Source: Candidatus Kaiserbacteria bacterium RIFCSPHIGHO2_02_FULL_49_34
GTDB lineage: Bacteria > Patescibacteriota > Minisyncoccia > Phycocordibacterales > UBA918
Assembly: GCA_001781205.1 (NCBI GenBank)
Contig: MFLE01000025.1
Coordinates: 87,300-151,299, forward strand
Direction: 5' to 3'
DNA: 64,000 bases
Shown here: piece after piece, positions 29,471 to 38,604 of the stretch
Layout: every line of letters starts with the position of its first letter
Numbering within the stretch: position 1 is the first letter of the stretch
Made by a program: the position numbers and the translations under genes
Notes under the pieces: model-generated
Database searches by the model: none
Seen by the model: the letters and a program-made list of their open reading frames with translations, nothing else
Told to the model about the DNA's origin: nothing

Positions 29471-30443
29471 ATCCTATAAACCACACGTAATGCTGCGGTG
29501 AGACATTTTGTGTATTAATTTTTTTAACTTCTCCATCGACAATGACTTCAAAGGCGACATGTATCGGCCGAACTTGTATGAACCTGTTGCCGTCTCGCAC
29601 ACGCCGCTCGCCTCTGCCGCCGAGAATGTCGGGGTATGCTTCAGGGTAATCGGTGAAGAATGAGGAATCACGCCCTTCCGCATACTCGTTTCGCTTTGCC
29701 GGATCAGCATGCCAAAGATAACGCCCTTCGTTACCAACCACAAAGAGATTTTTCAGTGTCGTGTCTTCAAAACCTTTAAAAAATTCTTCGAGCTCGACGT
29801 GCATGGTTACCGATCCAGCAAGCGCGCCGCTATCAGTACGAAATGCCATAGTGTACGGAACGATTACCGTACTCTGATGAGAATCGTGGCTATGTATCTC
29901 TATACGCTCCATACTTACCTCATCGCCCCGTAAAAGTGAGGCGATTAATTCACGCGTGCGAAATTCTTGTGTCTTTGTCGTGTGTATGTCAGATTGATAT
30001 ACTCCTTCTGCGTCAAGATAATCATCGAACGTGCGTCCACTCTGTGCATAGGTAAAGATAATCTCATGTATGAAGGGATAAGCTCGTAGCATTTCCTCTA
30101 TACGCCTCTGATATTGTCGTCGAACCTCTTCGGTTTGCTCAGTACCGGTGGTTCGAATAGCTTGATATACCGTGCTGTGTCCCTCATCACGAAATTTTGA
30201 TGTAACAAACCATGCTGTTTTTGAAATCTGTGCAATGTACGGCGCTAAATCTTTTGTGCCCTGCGTAAATGCATTTTCCACCGCAAGCCGTTCTTGATAT
30301 ATCGAATACCACAGTGCCGCAACAATGAGCATTGCCGTCACAAGTACGCCAAATACCACATAAAGAACGCGTATGATTTTCATCAGCGTTTGATGGGGGA
30401 ATGTATGCAATCCGTATCTTTGTGATTTCTTTCTAACGTTCAT
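29457..30443 (-). CDS. Membrane-anchored extracytoplasmic Cache-like sensor domain protein without output domain
   Basis: Single N-terminal TM helix followed by about 280 aa with Cache-type long helix plus beta-sheet signature (VIVPYTMAFRTDSGALAGSVTMHVELEEF). No second TM or kinase/MCP/GGDEF module. Confidence 0.5.
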   Translation of the reverse strand: MNVRKKSQRYGLHTFPHQTLMKIIRVLYVVFGVLVTAMLIVAALWYSIYQERLAVENAFTQGTKDLAPYIAQISKTAWFVTSKFRDEGHSTVYQAIRTTGTEQTEEVRRQYQRRIEEMLRAYPFIHEIIFTYAQSGRTFDDYLDAEGVYQSDIHTTKTQEFRTRELIASLLRGDEVSMERIEIHSHDSHQSTVIVPYTMAFRTDSGALAGSVTMHVELEEFFKGFEDTTLKNLFVVGNEGRYLWHADPAKRNEYAEGRDSSFFTDYPEAYPDILGGRGERRVRDGNRFIQVRPIHVAFEVIVDGEVKKINTQNVSPQHYVWFIGYEEQ

Positions 30444-30599
30444 TGAAATAGGTACTTCGCAAAAAGACTCACGTACACGATGTGTACATGAGTCTCGGGG
30501 ACCTGCGAATAGGTACAGTATATACTGGTTCTCTGAAAAACAAAAACAGCAACCCCGACTCTTGGGGGCTGCTGTTGTGTATTTCTATTATTTTTAAAG

Positions 30600-31307
30600 T
30601 TATTCAGGAGAGATTTCCGAGAGGTGTTCCTCAGGCATGCTTGTCGAAATGTCTTTATACATGAGGTAGATATATCCCATACCAATTGGTGTCACCACCA
30701 TCGTCAAGAGCGTCATAAGAAATTCAAGCGCAATATCATTCAGAAAAAAAGTGAACGGGCTCGTAACAGCAATCAAAGCTACTGCTGCCATAAGCGACAG
30801 CGCAACCAGCCTACCAAACACCGCCCACCACTTCCCTTGTACGTATGCGCGACTTGCCTTGAGGGCTTCTATAGGGCGCTTGTCTTCAAGGAGTAAGACA
30901 TAGATTGCAAAAGAGAACCATACGGCAACAATGATGCCAGGTATAACAAGGAGAATGAGACCCACCAGCGTAATCAACGCGAGCAGTATCGAGAGTACAA
31001 GATATTTCCAAAAGACACCCGTCGAAGCCTGATATGCATCACTAACAGTATGCTGGCGCCCACTGAGCGCATACACGAGCGCGATTCCTGCGAAGATGCC
31101 AAGAATGGTACCTATGATTCCCATCGAAGCGGGTAGCAACTGATCGGGACGCACGCCGAGCACAACAATTGCAAAGAAGGAAATTGCATACGGAATAAGC
31201 GAGACCGCAACAATGCCGAGCAAGAGTGCAGCCTTCTCGCGAAACAAAGCGATTGCATCTCGTAATAATGTGATTGGACCTTTCATGATATTTTTATTAT
31301 GTAACAA
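30600..31307 (-). CDS. Polytopic integral membrane protein, unknown function
   Basis: 235 aa, about 6 TM helices. Confidence 0.5.
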   Translation of the reverse strand: MLHNKNIMKGPITLLRDAIALFREKAALLLGIVAVSLIPYAISFFAIVVLGVRPDQLLPASMGIIGTILGIFAGIALVYALSGRQHTVSDAYQASTGVFWKYLVLSILLALITLVGLILLVIPGIIVAVWFSFAIYVLLLEDKRPIEALKASRAYVQGKWWAVFGRLVALSLMAAVALIAVTSPFTFFLNDIALEFLMTLLTMVVTPIGMGYIYLMYKDISTSMPEEHLSEISPE

Positions 31308-31393
31308 TATGCCAAGAATATATCACCCTTACCTTTAACGCAAGGCGTAGAAAACCCCGCGCTTGGCGGGGTTAGCGTACGATACGTACGAGG

Positions 31394-31738
31394 TTATGTG
31401 TTCTTTTTGTTTTTACTCTTCAGGCGCACGAGTTCTTCTTGCACCTGTGTGAGCGCAGCGTTCTTGCGGCGCTTGAACACAAAATCAGCTTTTTGCAATG
31501 TGGCACCTGCAGAGCTCTGCGTGTAGAACTGCGCCTTAAAATGTGGAAACGCCCGGAGGGCATCTTTAATTTTTTGCACCATGTTCCCCGGAATGTTCCA
31601 ACCGTACTCAGTGGTACCATTCGGCAGCCGCAGGTTATGCTGTAGTGATTCTGCAGCAATCCCCTGCTCTGTCAAAAGTAGCGCCACCTGCTCATTAAGC
31701 TCGGGGTTACAGACTACATACCATTTTGTCGCCATCAT
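31394..31738 (-). CDS. Small hypothetical protein with basic C-terminus
   Basis: 114-aa ORF, no motif recognised. Confidence 0.4.
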   Translation of the reverse strand: MMATKWYVVCNPELNEQVALLLTEQGIAAESLQHNLRLPNGTTEYGWNIPGNMVQKIKDALRAFPHFKAQFYTQSSAGATLQKADFVFKRRKNAALTQVQEELVRLKSKNKKNT

Positions 31739-31934
31739 GGATACTCTCTTAGAAAAAACAAGACATCATCTTTGTACCACACACATACGGTCCTGGCAAG
31801 ATTTTTGACACACTTCCCATATCCACAGAAATATTCCGCCATACTTGTGTATACTAGTGGCATCACTGTATCCAAGAAGTTCTCGAAACTCGCCGCATCC
31901 GCGGTGATTTTATATACTAATACGAGAACTCCTT

Positions 31935-32798
31935 ATGCAATTACAAAACAAAACCCGCAGTATCGGCGCGCTTATACTCTTTATCCTCATACTCGCAGGA
32001 TCATCATTCCTGTATGTCAAAAAAACAACAGCACGCCTACTGGACAAACACCTCTCCGAGCAATTGCATCTTGTCGCAGCCATGAAAGCTGACCATGTTG
32101 CGCTCCTTCTCCAAGGCGCACGAGACAGAGTTATCGACTTTAGCTCCGACGGAAAAATAAAAGACACACTCCATGCACTGCACGAACATCGTGACGAAGC
32201 CGTTACCACGCATACACTTATCGACCATCTCCGTAAAAATAAGCTTCCCATTGATACAAGTTTTTACGAAGTATATGCGCTCGACATCGCTGGCACCGTC
32301 GTCGCTTCAACAAATATGAACAACGTTGGCATAAGTCTTGCGCACGACACGATATACAGCATAGGAAAAGAAAAGCCGTATGTAAAAAATATTGCATACG
32401 ACAGCAGCGCACAGGTCACGTACTTCAATGTGTCTGCACCCGTCATACACGAGGAGGCAGGTTTTGTAGGGGTCATTGCCATCAAAATGCTCCCCGACCG
32501 CGTGAATGCGCTTATGCTCCAGCAGCAGTCAGACGACGTAACCGAGTCCTATATTATCAACAATGAACGCTATTTGGTAACTCCTTCAGCATACCTTGGC
32601 GGCGAGAATAAAGGAGTACTCACACAAATCGTCGAAACTAAAAATGCATTCAACTGCATACAAGATATTGCAAAAGCGAAGCAGAATCGAACACCTATCG
32701 AAAGCGTCTACACCAACTACGCCGGAAAAAAGACCCTCGGCCTCTACGCTATTATAGAAGAGCTCCAGTGGTGCATCATTGTTGAAAAAGAGTTATAA
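31935..32798 (+). CDS. Membrane-anchored Cache-like (sCache/dCache-type) sensor domain protein without output domain
   Basis: N-terminal TM anchor followed by a ligand-binding-domain-like region (YFNVSAPVIHEEAGFVGVIAIKM...), ending without a second TM or transmitter domain. Confidence 0.5.
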   Translation: MQLQNKTRSIGALILFILILAGSSFLYVKKTTARLLDKHLSEQLHLVAAMKADHVALLLQGARDRVIDFSSDGKIKDTLHALHEHRDEAVTTHTLIDHLRKNKLPIDTSFYEVYALDIAGTVVASTNMNNVGISLAHDTIYSIGKEKPYVKNIAYDSSAQVTYFNVSAPVIHEEAGFVGVIAIKMLPDRVNALMLQQQSDDVTESYIINNERYLVTPSAYLGGENKGVLTQIVETKNAFNCIQDIAKAKQNRTPIESVYTNYAGKKTLGLYAIIEELQWCIIVEKEL

Positions 32799-32884
32799 CG
32801 CTTCGTTCGACAAGCTACGACACTCACTCATTTGAAAGATAAAAAAACGAGGTCATAGTGACCTCGTGTAATACATATCATGAA

Positions 32885-33562
32885 CTACGTACTGATAAGT
32901 TTCTTTTCAGCACGAGTGATATCTTCTGGATAGCCAATAGGAATCCAGCCATGCTCTTCAACAACGGCAATCGGGAATTCCTGTGCATAACGCTCGATGA
33001 CTTCGGTGAGATAGTACTCCCCTTTAATCGGACGCTCTGGCTCAAAGAGAAAAATGCGGTCATCGAGCACCATCACTCCCGACGAGACGAGGTTCGACGG
33101 CGGATGCGATGGTTTCTCAACAATTTCTGCAAGCGTGCCATCGGGGTTCCGTACCACGACACCAAAACGTTCTGGTGTGTTGGAGCTCGCCGTAAGGATT
33201 GCTCGACGATACGACACTGCGCGCGAAATATCTTCGCTCGCATGCAGGTCGTCTGCAAACAGAAAGAGGAAGCGACCACGCAGTAGCGAACGACATAGCC
33301 ACAATGCTTTTGCGGTGCCGTTTTGTTCCTCTTGCTGCACATAGGTGACGGGGCGCCCGTGAAAAACTTCGCCACAGTACGCCTCGATTTGTTCACCCAT
33401 GTGCCCATGTACGATGATAAGTTCATCCACCGCACTCGGCAGCGCTTCCACGATATGGTCGAGAAGGGCCTTCCCTGCAAGCTGCACCAGCGGCTTCGGC
33501 ACATGTTCCGTAAGGGGCATGAGCCGCGTGCCTTTTCCTGCCGCAAGAATAACACATTTCAT
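32885..33562 (-). CDS. Sugar-phosphate nucleotidyltransferase (NTP_transferase family)
   Basis: N-terminal ILAAGKGTRLMPLT pyrophosphorylase motif (start at MKCVILAAGKGTRL). Confidence 0.75.
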   Translation of the reverse strand: MKCVILAAGKGTRLMPLTEHVPKPLVQLAGKALLDHIVEALPSAVDELIIVHGHMGEQIEAYCGEVFHGRPVTYVQQEEQNGTAKALWLCRSLLRGRFLFLFADDLHASEDISRAVSYRRAILTASSNTPERFGVVVRNPDGTLAEIVEKPSHPPSNLVSSGVMVLDDRIFLFEPERPIKGEYYLTEVIERYAQEFPIAVVEEHGWIPIGYPEDITRAEKKLIST

Positions 33563-33769
33563 AGCAGTCTCCTCAAGAAATACATCAAAAATAACAACCC
33601 GTGCCACTATGCCATATTAGCAAGAAACGTCAAGGAATACGTATTGGCACGTGCCTGACTATTGACAATAGTGATATAATGTGTAACAATATATGCGTCA
33701 TCAATTGGTGATATTTGATCCTTTCAGCATTCATTTTACGAGGTTCGCCTCATTTCAAGGAGTGTTCCC

Positions 33770-34675
33770 ATGAGCAAGAAGCAACAGACTGGTTCGAAGG
33801 GCAAACAAGGTGGCGGCAAACAACACGCCGTCACTATGGGCTCGGTGACGGAAAACATCGCCAACAGCGAAGCAGGCCGTGCGCGCAAGCGTGCGGAAAA
33901 CAAAGCTCGCCAAGCAGCCAACGCCAAACGGCGCGAAGACGCTATCGAGAAAATGCGGACACAGGCCTTGGAGGAGGAAGCTCGTCTGCGCGCCAAGCAA
34001 ATCACCGACCGGGTGAACATCGCCCTCGACTGCGAAAAAATCTTCGCTGGCGTTGAGGGACACTACAACCTCTTCGGTCTCTCGGTGAACATTCACCCGC
34101 ACCCCACCGCTCCGAGCTCCATCATGGTCCTTGAGCTGGTGAACGCCCTGCCCGAAACAGGGATTCTGGACGTTGCCCGTCCGGGCACGTACATCCCCAT
34201 CCATGCACTGCGGATGAACCCGCATCGTGTGGAGTGGCGCCATCAGGACGTGCAGGCGATTGCGAAACATTTCCATGCAAACGCGTTCGGCTCCATTGCC
34301 ATCGAGCTCCGCCGCCAACATTTCGTGGAGCAATCCGCGGAGCGCAAGGCGCAAGAGCGTAAGCAAACGCCTACTCAGACTGCTGTGAAGCAGACTGTTG
34401 AGAAAGAGGTAACGCATTCGTTCAACGAACGCCTCCTCACCGCACGCGGACTCTGGATGATGTCCGACGGCGTTATCATCGCCACCTGGGACAACCCGCG
34501 TGGCGCACACTGCGCTGGCGTACGGTCTGCCCCAAAAGGGCATGCACTCGCAGGCTACACCCTGTTCATCAAAACAGCCCATCTCGGGCTTGAGGAGAAC
34601 GGCATGCAAGGCCACGAGCTGCGTGAATACCTGCGTGAACACCTCGCTGAAATTTCTGAAACCGCGGTTGCGTAA
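33770..34675 (+). CDS. Hypothetical protein with highly basic, Lys/Arg/Gln-rich N-terminus
   Basis: 301 aa; RBS AAGGAG; strong promoter-like TTGACA...TATAAT upstream. No known domain. Confidence 0.5.
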   Translation: MSKKQQTGSKGKQGGGKQHAVTMGSVTENIANSEAGRARKRAENKARQAANAKRREDAIEKMRTQALEEEARLRAKQITDRVNIALDCEKIFAGVEGHYNLFGLSVNIHPHPTAPSSIMVLELVNALPETGILDVARPGTYIPIHALRMNPHRVEWRHQDVQAIAKHFHANAFGSIAIELRRQHFVEQSAERKAQERKQTPTQTAVKQTVEKEVTHSFNERLLTARGLWMMSDGVIIATWDNPRGAHCAGVRSAPKGHALAGYTLFIKTAHLGLEENGMQGHELREYLREHLAEISETAVA

Positions 34676-34789
34676 CAACGCATCGTGGAAGTAAGAACAG
34701 AGCGGAACTTCGGTTTCGCTCTTTTTTTTGTCTACAATTCTATGTTACACTTGACAGAGACATGCAAGACATGCATAACCTCATGCATT

Positions 34790-35131
34790 ATGGCAACACA
34801 TATTGAAATAGAAGTTCTCAAAAAGAAACTTGATAGCGGCGAAAAAATATTTCTCATCGACACTCTTGCCGCAGAAAGTTATGAAATGTATCACATCAAG
34901 GGCGCTGTCAGCGTTCCGTATGGAGAAGACTTCATCGCACAGTTCGAAGCAAAAGTAGGCGCACCAAAAGATGCGGAAATAATCACCTACTGCGCATCGC
35001 ACTCATGCCAGCTCTCCTCGCTCGCCGCAAACGCGCTCGAAGCCGCTGGCTACACAAACGTCGGCCACTACGCCGACGGTCTCGCCGAATGGCGCGCCAC
35101 TGGCTACCCTACCGAAGGCGAACGTGCCTAA
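34790..35131 (+). CDS. Rhodanese-like domain protein (sulfurtransferase)
   Basis: Single rhodanese fold with active-site loop YCASHSCQ (start at MATHIEIEVL). Confidence 0.65.
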   Translation: MATHIEIEVLKKKLDSGEKIFLIDTLAAESYEMYHIKGAVSVPYGEDFIAQFEAKVGAPKDAEIITYCASHSCQLSSLAANALEAAGYTNVGHYADGLAEWRATGYPTEGERA

Positions 35132-35164
35132 CAAAAAACTCTCACCTGTTTCGTGAGAGTTTTT

Positions 35165-35623
35165 CTAAGCGACAGTAAATGCACTGAGTGCCTCGCGTTG
35201 CACATCCTCTACATGTATCGTTGGACGACCAGCTTTGATGATCTCGAGCGCTTCGTCAACGCTTTTGCCGTGCGCTCGCATGAGGTACGCCGCAACCAAC
35301 GTCGGTGCGCGGCCGTGTCCGTTTTTGCAATGCACATACACCTTTTTGCCGAGCGCAACCAGTTTTGCAAGTACTGTTACACCAAAATCAAGCTGTTCTT
35401 GCGTCGGTGCGGTGTGGTTCACAATCGGTATCCATGTGTAGAAGTCTACACCAAACGGCATGTCAATATGATTCTCCTCAAGTGAGATATCCGCCCGTAT
35501 CCCCTCCTCTTGCAACATCGCATCAAAATGCGTCACACAACACTGATTCGTTCCAATATAAATCCCGTCAGTAATATAATTATACTCAAGCACAGGAACC
35601 CCTGCATGCATATCGTCAGCCAT
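35165..35623 (-). CDS. Dual-specificity/tyrosine protein phosphatase
   Basis: Catalytic P-loop VHCKNGHGRAPT (HCx5R) with upstream general-acid Asp region. Confidence 0.7.
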   Translation of the reverse strand: MADDMHAGVPVLEYNYITDGIYIGTNQCCVTHFDAMLQEEGIRADISLEENHIDMPFGVDFYTWIPIVNHTAPTQEQLDFGVTVLAKLVALGKKVYVHCKNGHGRAPTLVAAYLMRAHGKSVDEALEIIKAGRPTIHVEDVQREALSAFTVA

Positions 35624-35821
35624 AGAAAAATAATTACAAAATAATCCCCTCGACACACTCGGCGTTCTAAAAAAGTATACCATCACTCTCAAAAACCCCT
35701 GCGTCTAAGCAACAAGGTGCAAATGTCACGTGCAAAGCCACCGCAGATATTCCCTTGTTAATTTCTGCTGTTGTGCTAGCATCCCTAGTGAACATTGTAC
35801 TTTGCACAAAGGAGACCTATC

Positions 35822-36235
35822 GTGAACGATATCGAAAAAGCACGGCAGGCACGCCGCCTGCGCGACATCGAAGATTCCCTGGCGAGTCTTCCCAATACCA
35901 ACTTTTCCGCACTGCAGCTGCCCCAATGCACCATGGTGCAAGAATGGCTCACCTGGTGCGGACTTCCGTGGTATGGAATCAACCTCATGCTCCATGAACT
36001 CTCGCCAACCCGAGAGCAAATGGAAGCATTGAAGCCTCAGCTCGAAAATCTCCATGCACTCACCCTTGGCTACGTTGCACACCATTGCAAACTGTACGGT
36101 ATCGAGAAAATCGACGACCTCCCCACAAACGAACGCATCTTCTTCACCAAAGAACTCTGCGCTTTCATCGGACGGCACGACCATTTCCGTACCCCCGAAG
36201 AGCTCGAGCAAGCATTCGCAAGCCTCGGCACCTAG
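35822..36235 (+). CDS. Hypothetical protein (GTG start after RBS AAGGAGACC)
   Basis: Open frame with good RBS; no recognised domain. Confidence 0.4.
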   Translation: MNDIEKARQARRLRDIEDSLASLPNTNFSALQLPQCTMVQEWLTWCGLPWYGINLMLHELSPTREQMEALKPQLENLHALTLGYVAHHCKLYGIEKIDDLPTNERIFFTKELCAFIGRHDHFRTPEELEQAFASLGT

Positions 36236-36445
36236 CCGCACAACCAAAACGTCACATCCAAGAGATGTGACGTTTTTCTATGTTTCAAAATTCATGCGTG
36301 ATATCCACATATATATTCTTCCGCCTTATCTTTCGGTACGACAAGCACGAAGCCATCCACATAATTTGTTTTTCCCATAGGTATAGTATTTATTTATTTT
36401 GCTCTCTTGTTAATTTCTGCACCGCCCTGCTGAACCTGATGCGAG

Positions 36446-37882
36446 CTACGGCACGTAGATATTTTTAAATTGCCAGGGGTCATCGAGGTCGCGGTCGCCG
36501 CGAGGAACAATGCTCGTGTCGAGATGTGCGAGCGGCGTCCAATCCGTGTAGACTTTTTTAATCGTACCGAGATACGGAGCAGCGATTGCAAGCGCACGAA
36601 CATGGTCAACATCATCTGCCTCAATAATCCCCTCATGCGGATGCTCAATAATCCACACCATGCCCGCAAGAATGCCTGCCGCGACCTGTAGCGAGGTTGC
36701 GTTTACCTGCATGCCTACTTTGCGCGCTTCTTCAATGGTGAGCGATGTTCCTATCCAATACGCATTCTTTGCATGGCCCGCAATAAGTACACCGAGCTCG
36801 TCGGTGCCTCCGTCGGACACAATGTCATCAATAAGGAGTTCTGTTTCCCTTGGTCGCTCAAAGTTCGAAGCAACAACCTCACGCAAAGACGCCAGCGCAT
36901 CATCCGCAGGATAGTACACATAATGACACGTCGGCCGATACACAACTTCGCCCGCATCATTACGCACCGTATAGTAATCCGCAAAGGCAAGCGTCTCGTT
37001 ATGTGAAATCACCATGCCAAGCAAAGGGCCGGTAAGAGGCACCCATGAGCGCGCTTGTACCGTGCAACCCGGTCGCAGAATACCTATCGCAGAACCCGTT
37101 CCCGTGTCGTGGAGTTTCGCATCCTTCGGTAATTCTTTTTCATGAGTACCCCAGCCGACTTCTGCAGGTAGTACCGCCTCCCCATAAAGACCCTCAGGCG
37201 ACCACGTGTTACGGAATACTCCTTTTGTACGAGATGTTACGCTCCGCTGTGTGTCTCGCTCAGAAACATGCACAACTTTCACCTGTAGCATCTCTGCAAG
37301 CGCCGCCCATTCTTCTCGGGTATGAGGATTCGCGGGAACCCCCGTGTCGCGCGCAATATCAAGAAGCCCCGCTTTCAGAAAGTAGGAAACAAGCCCGGGG
37401 TTTGCACCATTTGCAATAAATGCTGTGGAGCGCCGCGATGCATCGTTCGAATCAAGCGAACGAACACGCATACGATTATAGTAATCACACCGTGCGCGAT
37501 AATCACCCTTCTCGCCATGCACAACACCCGGCCATTCCTCAAGGCTGGCGTCCATGTAGCATATGCCGTGGCTCAAACAATACGCGATAAGATCATACGA
37601 AGAAATCCCCGCCGTCAGATGCAGCAAAATATCACCTTCACCAAGCTGATCGTCGAGTATCTGCTGGTAATTTTCCGGTGTCACCGTCGCTGTAATAGTC
37701 TGCACACCAAGCTCTTTCTGTAGTGCCGCATCAATCGGATTTCTCGTGAGCACCGTAACACGCCCAGGCGACACCGCAATATGACGCAAAATAAGTAGCA
37801 GCGCCGCCCGCGCCACCGACCCATACCCAATAATAAGCACCCTTCCCTCAAACGACGCATACATAGAATACCGCTCATCCAT
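36446..37882 (-). CDS. hss: Homospermidine synthase (saccharopine dehydrogenase-like NAD enzyme)
   Basis: N-terminal Rossmann LIIGYGSVARAAL, length and motif order like bacterial homospermidine synthases. Start uncertain (MDERYSMY/MYASFEG). Confidence 0.65.
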   Translation of the reverse strand: MDERYSMYASFEGRVLIIGYGSVARAALLLILRHIAVSPGRVTVLTRNPIDAALQKELGVQTITATVTPENYQQILDDQLGEGDILLHLTAGISSYDLIAYCLSHGICYMDASLEEWPGVVHGEKGDYRARCDYYNRMRVRSLDSNDASRRSTAFIANGANPGLVSYFLKAGLLDIARDTGVPANPHTREEWAALAEMLQVKVVHVSERDTQRSVTSRTKGVFRNTWSPEGLYGEAVLPAEVGWGTHEKELPKDAKLHDTGTGSAIGILRPGCTVQARSWVPLTGPLLGMVISHNETLAFADYYTVRNDAGEVVYRPTCHYVYYPADDALASLREVVASNFERPRETELLIDDIVSDGGTDELGVLIAGHAKNAYWIGTSLTIEEARKVGMQVNATSLQVAAGILAGMVWIIEHPHEGIIEADDVDHVRALAIAAPYLGTIKKVYTDWTPLAHLDTSIVPRGDRDLDDPWQFKNIYVP

Positions 37883-38082
37883 ACAAGATAAGAGAAAAAC
37901 AAAAAATCCAGTAAGGCGCTCCCAAACGGCACACTCCCCACCATTGTATGGTACTTTTCTGAAAATACAAAAAGAAACATAATCAAATATGTTCTCTTTT
38001 TCTCGCCAAACTTCACACAACATAACAGGGGCTTTCTAGGAAATGAATGTGCCAGCCCCCTATTCTTCGTCAGATGTTCTAG

Positions 38083-38487
38083 TTAATACCATACGGACAC
38101 TCCTCCGTGGTGAGAACATGTGCCTCTACGGTTTTGACTAAAACTATATGTGCCGTCGCGGCATTTTGCTGATGCTCCGCTTGGGATTGAATCTGAATAC
38201 GCGGGAGAGTGAACTCGGTTCCCGTCTACATTTATATAATAGTTGTCATTAGAAAGACTCGAGGATTCGTACGTCTCCTTGGGTGTTACGGGAGCCGTCG
38301 GCGCAGTGACCGTACTTGGTGACTCAAGCGTCTTGACTGGCGTTGGTAGAGCGCTCGGTGCAGTTCTTGGTGATGCTGTGGACGGTGCTTGTGTGCCTGA
38401 ATCACTCAGCACATTAAAAACAATCGTTGCCGCAATAACTATCCAAAAGATTGTCCACCCCCTTTTATACCAAGGTTCGTTTTCCAC
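38083..38487 (-). CDS. DUF3761-family membrane-anchored protein
   Basis: N-terminal TM anchor, Pro/Thr/Ser-rich linker and C-terminal CRDGTYSFSQNRRGTCSHHGGVSVW block characteristic of DUF3761. Confidence 0.6.
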   Translation of the reverse strand: MENEPWYKRGWTIFWIVIAATIVFNVLSDSGTQAPSTASPRTAPSALPTPVKTLESPSTVTAPTAPVTPKETYESSSLSNDNYYINVDGNRVHSPAYSDSIPSGASAKCRDGTYSFSQNRRGTCSHHGGVSVWY

Positions 38488-38604
38488 AGAAAAACGCTAG
38501 CACAATACCAATCTAAAGTAAATGTCGCATTACCAGTACACCGTAGTCATAGAATAGAAAATAAATGTGACTGCCCCTTTATTCTCAACATAATACAGCC
38601 TTCA

